DNA of 63,297 nt, filler included. It is 7 parts of 7 records of this genome, joined end to end, with 100 filler letters (N's around TTAATTAATTAA, not from the genome) between each part and the next. Parts side by side here need not be neighbours in the genome. Positions count along the whole stretch, not along the records: positions 44,219 to 59,763 come from SRR11831585_791; positions 59,864 to 63,297 come from SRR11831585_797; 5 more parts are not named here. One strand, 5' to 3'. Positions 51,334-63,297 of the stretch are shown here, piece by piece. Each line of letters begins with the position of its first letter. The first letter of the stretch is position 1. Made by a program: the position numbers and the translations under genes. The notes beneath the pieces were generated by a model, which was not told where the DNA came from, did not search any database, and saw only the letters and a program-made list of their open reading frames with translations.

Positions 51334-53505
51334 TTAATGACTTTCTTTTTCGCGTAAACGCCAGGCGTGTAATAACGGTTCGGTATAGCCGTTTGGCTGT
51401 TTCACGCCGAGGAAGATTAAATCGCTGGCAGCTTTAAAAGCACACGAGTTAGCGAAATTCCCCGCCATCGGACGATAAGCCGGATCGCCAGCGTTTTGCT
51501 GATCAACCACTTTCGCCATATTCTCCAGCGACGCCTGCACCTGTTCTTTGGTCAGAATACCGTGACGTAACCAGTTGGCGATATGCTGGCTGGAGATACG
51601 CAGCGTTGCGCGGTCTTCCATCAACGCCACATTGTGAATATCCGGCACTTTTGAACAACCAATCCCCTGCTCCACCCAGCGCACCACGTACCCCAGAATC
51701 CCCTGCACGTTGTTATCCAGCTCTTGTTGGATCTCTTGCGCCGACCAGTTAGCGTTTTCAGCAACCGGAATAGTCAGCAGATCGTCCAGCAGCGGTTCAA
51801 ATTCAGCATTGAACTCGGTCTGGGCAATGTTGGCTTGTACGCTCTGTACGTTGGTTTGGTGGTAGTGCAGCGCATGGAGCGTAGCAGCGGTTGGTGACGG
51901 AACCCAGGCTGTGTTTGCCCCGGCACGCAGTTGGTCGCCCTTCTGGCTGTACATGTCTGCCATCAGGTCCGGCATTGCCCACATGCCTTTACCAATTTGC
52001 GCTTTACCGCGCAGCCCACAGAACAGACCGGAAAGCACGTTATTACGCTCGTAGGCTTTGATCCAAGGCGTCGATTTCATCTGATTTTTACGCAGCATCG
52101 GGCCAGCTTCCATCACCGAATGCATTTCATCGCCGGTACGGTCGAGGAAACCGGTATTGATGAACGCCACGCGGTTGCGCGCCTGAGCGATACAGCTACG
52201 CAAGTTCAGCGAGGTCCGACGTTCTTCATCCATAATGCCCATTTTCAGGGTATTCGGTGCCATACCGAGCATTGTCTCAATGCGGGTAAACAGTTTGTTG
52301 GCGAACGCCACTTCCTGCGGACCGTGCATTTTCGGTTTCACAATATAGACGCTGCCAGTGCGCGAGTTTTTCTGCACTTTTAAATCATAGAGGGCAATCG
52401 CGCCAGTCATGACGCCATCAAGAATGCCTTCCGGGATTTCATTGCCTTCGCTGTCCCAAATCACAGGAATGGTCATCAAATGACCCACGTTGCGGATAAA
52501 CAGCAGCGAGCGTCCGTGCAGAGAAATTTCAGAGCCATCGGCGGCGGTGTAATGACGATCGTCATTCAGTTTACGCACGATTTGCCGACCGTTTTTCTCC
52601 ATTTTCTCTTGCAGAGTCCCCTGCATCAGGCCCAGCAGGTTGCGGTACAGCAGGATTTTATCTTCCGCATCAACCGCCGCGACCGAATCTTCGCAGTCGA
52701 GAATGGTACTGATAGCAGCTTCGACGATAACATCGTTGATGTGCGCCGGATCGTCTTTGCCAATCCGCCCATTGGCATCGATTTGCAGCTCAATATGCAG
52801 GCCGTTATTTTTCAGCAAAATGCAGGTCGGCGCAGCGGCATCGCCACGGTAACCGACAAACTGTGCTGGAGTACGTAACGTGGTTTCTTTACCATTTTTC
52901 AACTGGATGCGTAATTGTTTATCAACCACCTTAAACGCCACCACATCCTGATAGCTGCCGTTTTCCAGCGGTAGAGATTCATCGAGGAAACGCCGAACCC
53001 AGGCGATAACCTGCTCACCGCGTTGCGGATCGTAGCCGCTGACCATCGCCCCTTCCTGCGGGATGATGTCGCTGCCGTATAACGCATCGTACAGTGAGCC
53101 CCAGCGAGCGTTCGCCGCGTTCAGCGCGTAGCGGGCGTTCATTGCCGGAACCACCAGCTGCGGCCCCGCCTGGCTGGTGATTTCGCTGTCAATGCCCGTG
53201 GTTTCCACCGTCACGCGCTCCGGTTGCGGCACCAGGTAGCCCAGTTCACGCAGGAAAGATTTATAGGCCGCTTTATCTTTTACCGGCCCCGGATTGCTGC
53301 GATGCCACTCATCAAGCGCTGCCTGAATGCGATCGCGTTCTGCCAGCAACTGACGATTTTCTGGTGCCAGATCATGAACGATCTCATCAAAATTGCGCCA
53401 GAACGCCGCAGCGTCCAGCCCTGTTCCCGGTAAAACTTCTTCATCCACAAAACGTTTAAAATTGGCGTCAATGCGTAAACGGCTCTGGGTTATGGTTTGA
53501 CTCAT
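51334..53505 (-). CDS. glcB: malate synthase G
   Basis: 723 aa; [36 protein letters not shown]. Confidence 0.98.
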
Positions 53506-53526
53506 TGTTTATCTCCTCGTTTTCGC

Positions 53527-53931
53527 TTATTTCGCCAACACCGCTGCTGCCGCTTTCGCGACCTGCGCATCCTGTGCTCCGGTTAAACCAGAAACGCCCA
53601 CGGCACCAATAATTTGCCCATCCACAACAACCGGTACGCCGCCTTCCAGCGACGTTAATAACGGCGCAGTCACGAACGCGGTACGTCCGTTGTTCACCAT
53701 CTCTTCATAGCCCTTAGTTTCACGACGCCCCAGCGCGGCGGTACGCGCTTTCTCCTGGGAGATATAAGCCGCAATCGGCGCGCAATCGTCCATGCGACTT
53801 AACGCCAGCAGATGACCGCCGTCATCGGCAACAGCAATGGAAACAGACCAGTTATTTTTCTGCGCCTCTTCCTGACCTGCGGCAATAATTGCACTCGCCA
53901 TTTGCTGGCTAAGAATGACTTTAGTTTTCAT
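53527..53931 (-). CDS. glcG: GlcG heme-binding family protein
   Basis: KARTAA and GGVP...GAVGVSG motifs; start MKTKVIL (134 aa). Confidence 0.94.
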   Translation of the reverse strand: MKTKVILSQQMASAIIAAGQEEAQKNNWSVSIAVADDGGHLLALSRMDDCAPIAAYISQEKARTAALGRRETKGYEEMVNNGRTAFVTAPLLTSLEGGVPVVVDGQIIGAVGVSGLTGAQDAQVAKAAAAVLAK

Positions 53932-53935
53932 TTTG

Positions 53936-55159
53936 TTATTCCTTTTCAAGGGCTTGTTCTACAATTTCAATCCAGTGACGCACAGAGGTACGACCGGCGC
54001 TCGCCAGATGCGTCTGGCAACCAATGTTGGCGGTGACGATCATTTCCGGTTTGCCGCTTTCCAGCGCATTCATTTTGTTATCCCGCAGCTGGCGTGCCAG
54101 ATCGGGATGCGTTAACGCATATGTTCCCGCTGAACCGCAGCACAGATGGCTGTCGGGAACGTCCGTTAAGGTAAATCCAAGACGAAGCAACACTTTTTCC
54201 ACTTCGCCGTTCAGCTTTTGCGCATGTTGTAGGGTACACGGACAGTGGAAGGCCAGCTTTTTATCGCCGCGAATTGCCAGTTTTTCCAGCGGTTCCTCGC
54301 GCAGAAGTTCGACTAAATCGACCGCCAGTTCACTGACCTGACGTGCTTTATCGGCATATAACGCATCGTTTTTCAGCATCTGCCCATACTCTTTGACAAA
54401 CGCGCCGCAGCCGCTGGCGGTTTGCAAAATTGCCTCGGCACCTGCTTCAATCGCGGGCCACCAGGCATCAATATTATTGCGCGCCCGTGCCAGCCCTTTC
54501 TCCTGCGCATTAAGATGATAGTCCACCGCGCCACAACAGCCTGCTTCGTTAGCTGGCATGACGCTGATCCCCAGACGATCCAGCACTCGCGCAGTTGCCG
54601 CGTTGGTGTTGGGCGAAAGCGTAGGCTGGGCGCAGCCTTCCAACATTAAAACCCGACGCTTATGGCGCAGCGGCGGACGCGGTTTAGCTTTCACCGTTTC
54701 AGCAGGCAGTTTTGCTCTGACCTGTTCCGGTAAAAACGGTCGCAGCACCAGCCCTACCTGCGTCAGCGCACGGAAGACCGCCGGACGCGGCACTACCTGG
54801 CGCAATCCTTCGCGCAGTATTCGCTCCGGCAGTGGGCGTTTCACTTTCTGCTCGACAATATCACGCCCGATATCCAGCAAATTGTGATAGCGCACACCAG
54901 AAGGACAGGTGGTTTCACAATTACGGCAAGTGAGGCAGCGATCGAGATGCTCCTGTGTTTTAAGCGTGACTTCGTTGCCTTCCAGCACCTGTTTAATCAG
55001 ATAGATGCGCCCGCGCGGCCCGTCCAGTTCATCGCCCAGAAGCTGATAGGTTGGGCAGGTTGCGGTACAAAATCCGCAGTGAACACAGGCGCGCAGGATG
55101 CTGTCGGCTTCCAGCGCGCGCGCGTTCTGCCGCATCTCTTCAGTTAATTGGGTTTGCAT
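53936..55159 (-). CDS. glcF: glycolate oxidase iron-sulfur subunit
   Basis: two CxxCxxCxxxCP and two CCG motifs; start MQTQLTE (407 aa). Confidence 0.96.
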   Translation of the reverse strand: MQTQLTEEMRQNARALEADSILRACVHCGFCTATCPTYQLLGDELDGPRGRIYLIKQVLEGNEVTLKTQEHLDRCLTCRNCETTCPSGVRYHNLLDIGRDIVEQKVKRPLPERILREGLRQVVPRPAVFRALTQVGLVLRPFLPEQVRAKLPAETVKAKPRPPLRHKRRVLMLEGCAQPTLSPNTNAATARVLDRLGISVMPANEAGCCGAVDYHLNAQEKGLARARNNIDAWWPAIEAGAEAILQTASGCGAFVKEYGQMLKNDALYADKARQVSELAVDLVELLREEPLEKLAIRGDKKLAFHCPCTLQHAQKLNGEVEKVLLRLGFTLTDVPDSHLCCGSAGTYALTHPDLARQLRDNKMNALESGKPEMIVTANIGCQTHLASAGRTSVRHWIEIVEQALEKE

Positions 55160-55169
55160 AGCCTGCTCC

Positions 55170-56222
55170 TCAAAGTTCCGCGTACATGCGACCGGGGTTA
55201 AACACGCCGCAAGGGTCGAGCTGCTGTTTAAGCTGCTGGTGATAGCGGAATAAAGGAGCCGATAGCGGGGCAAAGCCACCATCTCCGGCACTAAAGCGGG
55301 TCGCATGACCGCCAGCGTTGCGGGCGATGCGATGGATTTGATTGTCCTCGGCTGTCGATTTCAGCCAGCGTAACGCCCCGCCCCAGTCGATCAGTTGCTC
55401 GCCGGGTAAATCCATCATCGGCGCATCACTGGGTAATGAAATGCGCCATAAGGTACCTGGTAACGAGAAGAACGGCAGTTGTTGTTCACGCAATTGCTGC
55501 CAGAACTGACCGGCAACCTCTTCGCCACCCAGCAGTTCACGCGCTGCTTTTACCGATCCTTCGCCGCCCTCAAGGCGGATCCACAACGCATTGTCGAAGT
55601 AACATAAGCCACTAATGGGTAATGGCTGGAGTTGCCACTCGGCGATTTCACTCATGGCTTCTTGCAGGCTGATTTCCCGACGCAGGCTCAGGGAGGCGCG
55701 CGGTCGCGGTAACACTTTCATTGAGATTTCAGTGAGCACGCCAAGACAACCGTAGCTTCCGACCATTAACCGTGAGAGATCGTATCCGGCAACGTTTTTC
55801 ATCACTTCGCCACCAAAACGCAGATGTTTTCCAGCGCCGGTAATGATGCGCGTGCCGAGGACAAAATCGCGGACCGAACCGCTCCACGGGCGACGCGGCC
55901 CCGCCAGCCCGCAGGCGACCATCCCGCCCCAGGTGGCTTCTTCACCATAATGCGGCGGCTCACAGGGGAGCATTTGCCCCGCGCTTTCCAGCGCCGCTTC
56001 AATTGTCACCAGCGGCGTTCCGACACGCGCGGTTATCACCAGCTCGGTCGGGTCGTAATTAACAATGCCGCGATGACAACGAACATCCAGCGTTTGCCCG
56101 GTGACAGGGCGACCTAAAAAGGCTTTGCTATTGCTGCCCTGAATCACCAGCGGCGTTTTATCGCTAATCGCCTGATTCACCTGCTCCAGCAGCGCCTGGC
56201 TGTAATCACACTCGCGTAGCAT
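55170..56222 (-). CDS. glcE: glycolate oxidase FAD-binding subunit
   Basis: GGEVMKNVAGYDL and DPCGVFNPGR. Confidence 0.96.
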   Translation of the reverse strand: MLRECDYSQALLEQVNQAISDKTPLVIQGSNSKAFLGRPVTGQTLDVRCHRGIVNYDPTELVITARVGTPLVTIEAALESAGQMLPCEPPHYGEEATWGGMVACGLAGPRRPWSGSVRDFVLGTRIITGAGKHLRFGGEVMKNVAGYDLSRLMVGSYGCLGVLTEISMKVLPRPRASLSLRREISLQEAMSEIAEWQLQPLPISGLCYFDNALWIRLEGGEGSVKAARELLGGEEVAGQFWQQLREQQLPFFSLPGTLWRISLPSDAPMMDLPGEQLIDWGGALRWLKSTAEDNQIHRIARNAGGHATRFSAGDGGFAPLSAPLFRYHQQLKQQLDPCGVFNPGRMYAEL

Positions 56223-57722
56223 CAGAAACGCTCCAGTTCAGGGAAAGGTAAATGACCGTGATGCACATGCATGGCACCAAATTCAGCACAGCGGTGTAGC
56301 GTGGGAATGTTTTTCCCAGGGTTCAGCAAACCATCGGGGTCAAACGCCGCCTTGACCGCATGGAAGGTCGTGATTTCATCGCTGTTGAACTGGGCGCACA
56401 TTTGATTTGATTTTTTCTCGCCCGATGCCATGTTCGCCACTGATGCTGCCGCCAACTTCAACGCAGAGTTCGAGGATCTTCCCGCCCAGCTCTTCCGCGC
56501 GGGCAAATTCACCGGGTTCGTTGGCATCGAAAAGGATTAACGGGTGCATGTTGCCATCTCCGGCATGAAAGACGTTGGCAACACGTAAATCATATTGCTG
56601 CGATAAACGGGCAATGCCTTCCAGTACGCCAGGCAGGGCGCGACGCGGGATGGTGCCATCCATGCAGTAGTAATCCGGGGAGATACGTCCTACCGCCGGG
56701 AACGCATTTTTGCGACCGGCCCAGAAACGTACGCGCTCTGCTTCGTCCTGTGCCAGACGGACGTCAGTCGCGCCCGCTTTCAACAAGATGTCGTTAACCC
56801 GCTCGCAGTCTTCCTGTACGTCAGACTCCACGCCGTCCAGCTCGCATAACAAAATCGCTTCGGCGTCGACGGGATAACCGGCATGAATAAAATCTTCCGC
56901 CGCGCGGATCGACAGGTTATCCATCATCTCCAGCCCGCCGGGGATAATGCCATTGGCGATGATGTCACCAACCGCAAGTCCGGCTTTTTCTACCGAGTCA
57001 AAGCTGGCTAACAGAACCCGCGCCACGGGCGGCTTCGGCAGCAGTTTTACCGTCACTTCGGTGGTCACGCCGAGCATACCTTCCGATCCGGTGAACAGCG
57101 CCAGCAGGTCAAAACCAGGTGAATCCAGCGCGTCCGATCCAAGCGTCAGTGCCTCGCCGTCCAGCGTTTGCACTTCAATTTTCAGCAGGTTATGTACGGT
57201 CAGACCATATTTCAGGCAGTGGACGCCGCCGGCATTTTCAGCCACATTGCCGCCAATGGAACAGGCGATTTGTGAGGAAGGGTCCGGTGCGTAGTAGAGA
57301 TTATGCGGTGCAACGGCCTGGGAGATCGCCAGGTTACGCACGCCTGGCTGCACGCGCGCGCGGCGACCAACGGGGTTAATGTCGAGGATCTCTTTAAAGC
57401 GCGCCATCACCAACAACACACCTTTTTCCAGCGGCAGCGCGCCACCAGAAAGCCCGGTGCCTGCACCACGGGTCACCACCGGTACACGCAGGCGATGGCA
57501 GACAGCCAGAATCGCTGTCACCTGTTCCATTTGCTTAGGCAGAACAACCAGTAATGGACGCGTGCGATACGCGCTCAACCCGTCACACTCGTAAGGAATG
57601 ATCTCCTCATCGGTATGCAGGATCTCAAGTCCAGGGACATGCTCACGCAGTGCCATCAGTACCGATGTGCGGTCGACATCGAGTAAAGCGCCATCAAGAC
57701 GCTCTTCGTACAAGATGCTCAT
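56222..57722 (-). pseudogene. glcD: glycolate oxidase subunit GlcD, frameshifted near 56406 (probably sequencing error)
   Basis: N-terminal ORF reads to EHGIGREKI then shifts; NQMCAQF...LERF continues in another frame; total span 1501 nt. Confidence 0.85.
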
Positions 57723-57972
57723 GAGTAGGCTTCGCTTTGTTGTGTTGTGTGGCAGCTGATTTTTGCGCGCTGCTTCTGTGAACAGTTATTAAGCGGGCTT
57801 TTCGTTTTCGTCTATCTCTTTAGCTACCGGTCAGACCATTTTTTTTCCAGCTCTGTGACCTTGTCTTGGTTAACTCAATGTTAAATTGATGTAACATAAT
57901 CACTTACGTGATGTGCGTGTTTTGCGAGTTAAGAACAGAAAAATTGGTCCTACCTGTGCACGAGGTCCGGGA

Positions 57973-58737
57973 ATGAAAGATGAACGTCGCCCTATTTGCG
58001 AAGTGGTTGCAGAGAGTATCGAACGGTTAATTATCGACGGCGTACTGAAGGTCGGTCAGCCGCTTCCCTCGGAACGTCGACTGTGTGAAAAGCTCGGCTT
58101 CTCACGCTCCGCACTGCGTGAAGGGCTGACCGTGCTGCGCGGGCGCGGGATTATTGAAACGGCGCAGGGTCGCGATTCTCGTGTCGCACGGCTTAATCGG
58201 GTGCAGGACACCAGCCCGCTGATCCATCTGTTCAGTACGCAGCCGCGAACGCTGTACGATCTGCTCGACGTTCGCGCATTACTGGAGGGCGAATCGGCAA
58301 GGCTGGCGGCAACGCTGGGAACGCAGGCTGATTTTGTTGTGATAACCCGCTGTTATGAAAAAATGCTCGCCGCCAGTGAGAACAACAAAGAGATTTCGCT
58401 GATCGAACATGCGCAGTTGGATCACGCTTTCCATCTCGCCATTTGTCAGGCTTCTCACAATCAGGTGCTGGTGTTTACGCTGCAATCATTGACCGATCTG
58501 ATGTTTAATTCAGTGTTTGCCAGCGTAAATAATCTCTACCATCGACCACAGCAAAAAAAGCAGATCGATCGCCAGCATGCGCGGATCTACAACGCGGTGT
58601 TGCAGCGGCTGCCGCACGTCGCCCAGCGCGCAGCACGCGATCATGTGCGGACCGTGAAAAAGAATCTCCACGATATCGAGCTGGAAGGCCACCATTTGAT
58701 TCGCTCGGCGGTGCCGCTGGAGATGAACCTGAGTTAG
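57973..58737 (+). CDS. glcC: glc operon transcriptional activator (GntR/FadR family)
   Basis: LPSERRLCEKLGFSRSALREGL HTH; start MKDERR (254 aa); divergent from glcD. Confidence 0.96.
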   Translation: MKDERRPICEVVAESIERLIIDGVLKVGQPLPSERRLCEKLGFSRSALREGLTVLRGRGIIETAQGRDSRVARLNRVQDTSPLIHLFSTQPRTLYDLLDVRALLEGESARLAATLGTQADFVVITRCYEKMLAASENNKEISLIEHAQLDHAFHLAICQASHNQVLVFTLQSLTDLMFNSVFASVNNLYHRPQQKKQIDRQHARIYNAVLQRLPHVAQRAARDHVRTVKKNLHDIELEGHHLIRSAVPLEMNLS

Positions 58738-58743
58738 CTGGTA

Positions 58744-59763
58744 TTAAATCTGCTTTTCATACAATCGGTAACGCTTGTACGGCTCCGCCCCAATGCGTTC
58801 CAGCATGTTATTCATGCCTGTATTGGTTTCGAGGATCCATGACATCTCCAGCGCATCGATCTTCCGGCGGGCAAACGGATCGCGTAAGGCTTCAATCAAT
58901 AACAGCGCAATCACCGGGCCGATGCGGCTGAACTGATACTCGTCGCGCACGCCCATCAGCGGTACTCGCGCAGTTCGCACACCGCTGACTTTCAAACGCC
59001 ACAGCAATTTTGCCCAGCCGAAGGGAAAGAGCGATCCGTTCAGATCGGCAATCGCCTCGTTGATGTTCGGCAAGCCGACAATAAACGCGCAGGGTGCAGA
59101 ATCAATCTCAGCGATATAGATCATATCGTCCGGCACCAGATATTTAAGTTGATCGCCCATGGTCGCGAATTCATGTTCGGTAAACGGCACAAATCCCCAG
59201 TTGTGCTGCCAGCCAGAGTTGAAAATCTCACGCAGGATCTGCATCTCTTCGGCAAACCGCTGACGATTGATGCAGCGAATGGTCACCTTTTTGCGCACCT
59301 GATCCATCAGTTTTTTTAGCGCCGGAGAGAAAGTGAGATCGGTTCGCTGCATCCACCACGCCAGTAAATCAATGCCTTTGTGATAACCCAGTTGTTCAAT
59401 ATGCGCGGCATACCACGGTTTGCCGTGTGGCATCATCGCACAGGGTGGTGTGTCAAAACCTTCAATCAGTAATCCGCTTTCCTGATTGATATTCAGGCTG
59501 AAAGGACCGCTGATCTTACTTGCACCTTGTGACTTCAACCACGCTTCCGCTGCGCCAAACAACGCGGCAAAAACCTGCGGATCATCAATGGCGTCAATCA
59601 TGCCGAAATGACCGGTATCTTTGCCGTAACGCTCGCGGTGCAAGGTATCTATTTGCGCGGTAATACGCCCAACTATCTGCCCCGCTTTTTTTGCCACCCA
59701 CGCCTGCCAGATGATATGGTCCGTCCCCGGATTTTTCGCAGACAAATGCTCGTTGCGTTAGTC
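58744..59763 (-). CDS. yghO: YghO (GNAT-like), 5'-truncated by contig end
   Basis: open frame with GHFGMIDA and EMSWILETN; convergent with glcC as in E. coli. Confidence 0.82.
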
Positions 59764-59863
59764 NNNNNNNNNNNNNNNNNNNNNNNNNNNNNNNNNNNNN
59801 NNNNNNNTTAATTAATTAANNNNNNNNNNNNNNNNNNNNNNNNNNNNNNNNNNNNNNNNNNNN
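59764..59863. other. artificial contig linker 6
   Basis: N44-TTAATTAATTAA-N44. Confidence 0.99.
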
Positions 59864-60784
<921 letters not shown>

Positions 60785-60843
60785 GGCGTTGCCTCATAAT
60801 CATGTAATGGGATAACAGTTTACGAACCCGTTGTGGCTTTATA

Positions 60844-60910
60844 TGTGATCTGAATCTCATTAATTATGCAACGCGTGAAACATACATCAAAAATGCGCGA
60901 CGCATCGCAA
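60844..60910 (-). promoter_or_regulatory. cdd promoter with tandem CRP sites (CytR regulon architecture)
   Basis: TGTGA-N6-TCTCA at 60844-60859 and a weaker CRP-like site about 50 nt further upstream; cdd is a known CRP/CytR target. Confidence 0.65.
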
Positions 60911-60913
60911 ATT

Positions 60914-62039
<1,126 letters not shown>

Positions 62040-62241
62040 TTAATTCGTAAAACGTGCTACCGATCACATTAAGAAATCAGCGCTTATTTTTTCGCTCCCC
62101 GGCATTACGCAATGCGCAGCGAACTCAGGCATACATCAAGCATAGAGAGGGATTGCAGTTTGCAGCAATCCCTCTTTGCAGACCTTTAATCCGCTGACCA
62201 TAGGCGCTAACATAGCGCCTCATTTTTTTGCGGGTGATGAT

Positions 62242-63189
62242 ATGCGTGTGTTACTGGCACCGATGGAGGGAGTGCTTGACTCTCTGGTGCGTGAATTGCT
62301 GACCGAAGTTAACGACTACGATCTGTGCATCACCGAGTTTGTCCGCGTGGTGGATCAACTGCTGCCGGTAAAAGTCTTTCATCGCATTTGCCCTGAGCTA
62401 CAAAACGCCAGCCGGACACCATCTGGTACGCTGGTGCGCGTGCAGTTGTTAGGTCAGTTCCCACAATGGCTGGCAGAGAACGCCGCCCGTGCGGTGGAGT
62501 TAGGTTCCTGGGGCGTGGATCTCAATTGCGGCTGCCCGTCGAAAACGGTTAACGGTAGCGGCGGCGGGGCGACGTTACTCAAAGATCCTGAACTCATCTA
62601 CCAGGGTGCAAAAGCGATGCGTGAAGCTGTACCGGCGCATTTGCCCGTCAGCGTGAAAGTGCGTCTGGGCTGGGACAGCGGTGAGAAGAAATTTGAAATC
62701 GCCGATGCGGTTCAACAGGCTGGCGCTACGGAGCTGGTGGTGCATGGGCGGACGAAAGAGCAGGGTTACCGCGCGGAGCATATTGACTGGCAGGCGATTG
62801 GCGATATTCGCCAGCGGCTGAATATTCCGGTGATTGCCAACGGTGAAATCTGGGACTGGCAGAGCGCGCAACAATGCATGGCGATCAGCGGCTGCGACGC
62901 AGTGATGATTGGTCGCGGGGCGCTCAATATTCCCAACCTGAGCCGGGTGGTAAAATATAACGAACCGCGAATGCCGTGGCCGGAGGTGGTTGCTTTGCTG
63001 CAAAAATATACCCGTCTGGAAAAGCAGGGCGATACCGGGTTATATCACGTTGCGCGGATTAAACAGTGGTTGAGTTATTTGCGTAAAGAATACGATGAAG
63101 CAACGGAATTATTTCAGCATGTTCGGGTGTTGAATAATTCCCCTGATATTGCAAGGGCTATTCAGGCAATTGATATCGAGAAACTCTAA
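62242..63189 (+). CDS. dusC: tRNA-dihydrouridine synthase C
   Basis: LAPMEG, DLNCGCP, VHGRT, NGEI, MIGRG; start MRVLLA (315 aa). Confidence 0.96.
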
Positions 63190-63297
63190 AAAACCATAGT
63201 GATGTTTTTTGACAATGTGTTAGCTCTTTATCAATAGGCCGCACGGTTGTTTGGTGGCGTCAAAATTGCCGAGGCGTTCCCTGAAGGCCGGGGCAGC

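Noticed and set aside
59745-59763. IS5 end at the yghO truncation
   Set aside because: As I recall K-12 has an IS5 near here, but no IS terminal repeat is visible before the contig ends
63238-63297. GC-rich stretch after dusC as the start of a small repeat or structured element
   Set aside because: Cut off by the window end; too little sequence to support a call

Overview
This window is not one contiguous locus. It is seven assembly contigs joined by six identical artificial 100-nt linkers (N44-TTAATTAATTAA-N44). Six contigs are E. coli K-12-like core chromosome from distant regions: acpS-pdxJ-recO-era-rnc-lepB-lepA-rseCBA-rpoE-nadB-trmN-srmB; envZ'-pck-yhgE-hslOR-yrfG-igaA-nudE-mrcA-hofMNOPQ'; pflC'-pflD-frwBC-ptsA-fsaB-gldA; malPQ; yghJ-glcABGFEDC-yghO'; and cdd-yohKJ-dusC. 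The seventh (41843-44118) is eukaryotic. Read by hand it gives the last two GT-AG-spliced exons of a PP2A B'' regulatory subunit gene, an unrecognised two-exon 77-aa gene with a cluster of TGACGT motifs upstream, and a 55-aa single-TM ORF resembling Cox9/COX6C. The ORF track reconstructs none of these. glcD and yohK each carry a 1-nt homopolymer indel, probably a sequencing error. I found no support for a novel bacterial system. The most unusual content is the eukaryotic contig, best explained as mixed-organism assembly rather than gene transfer. Gene identifications are from my recognition of the protein sequences; no database search was run.
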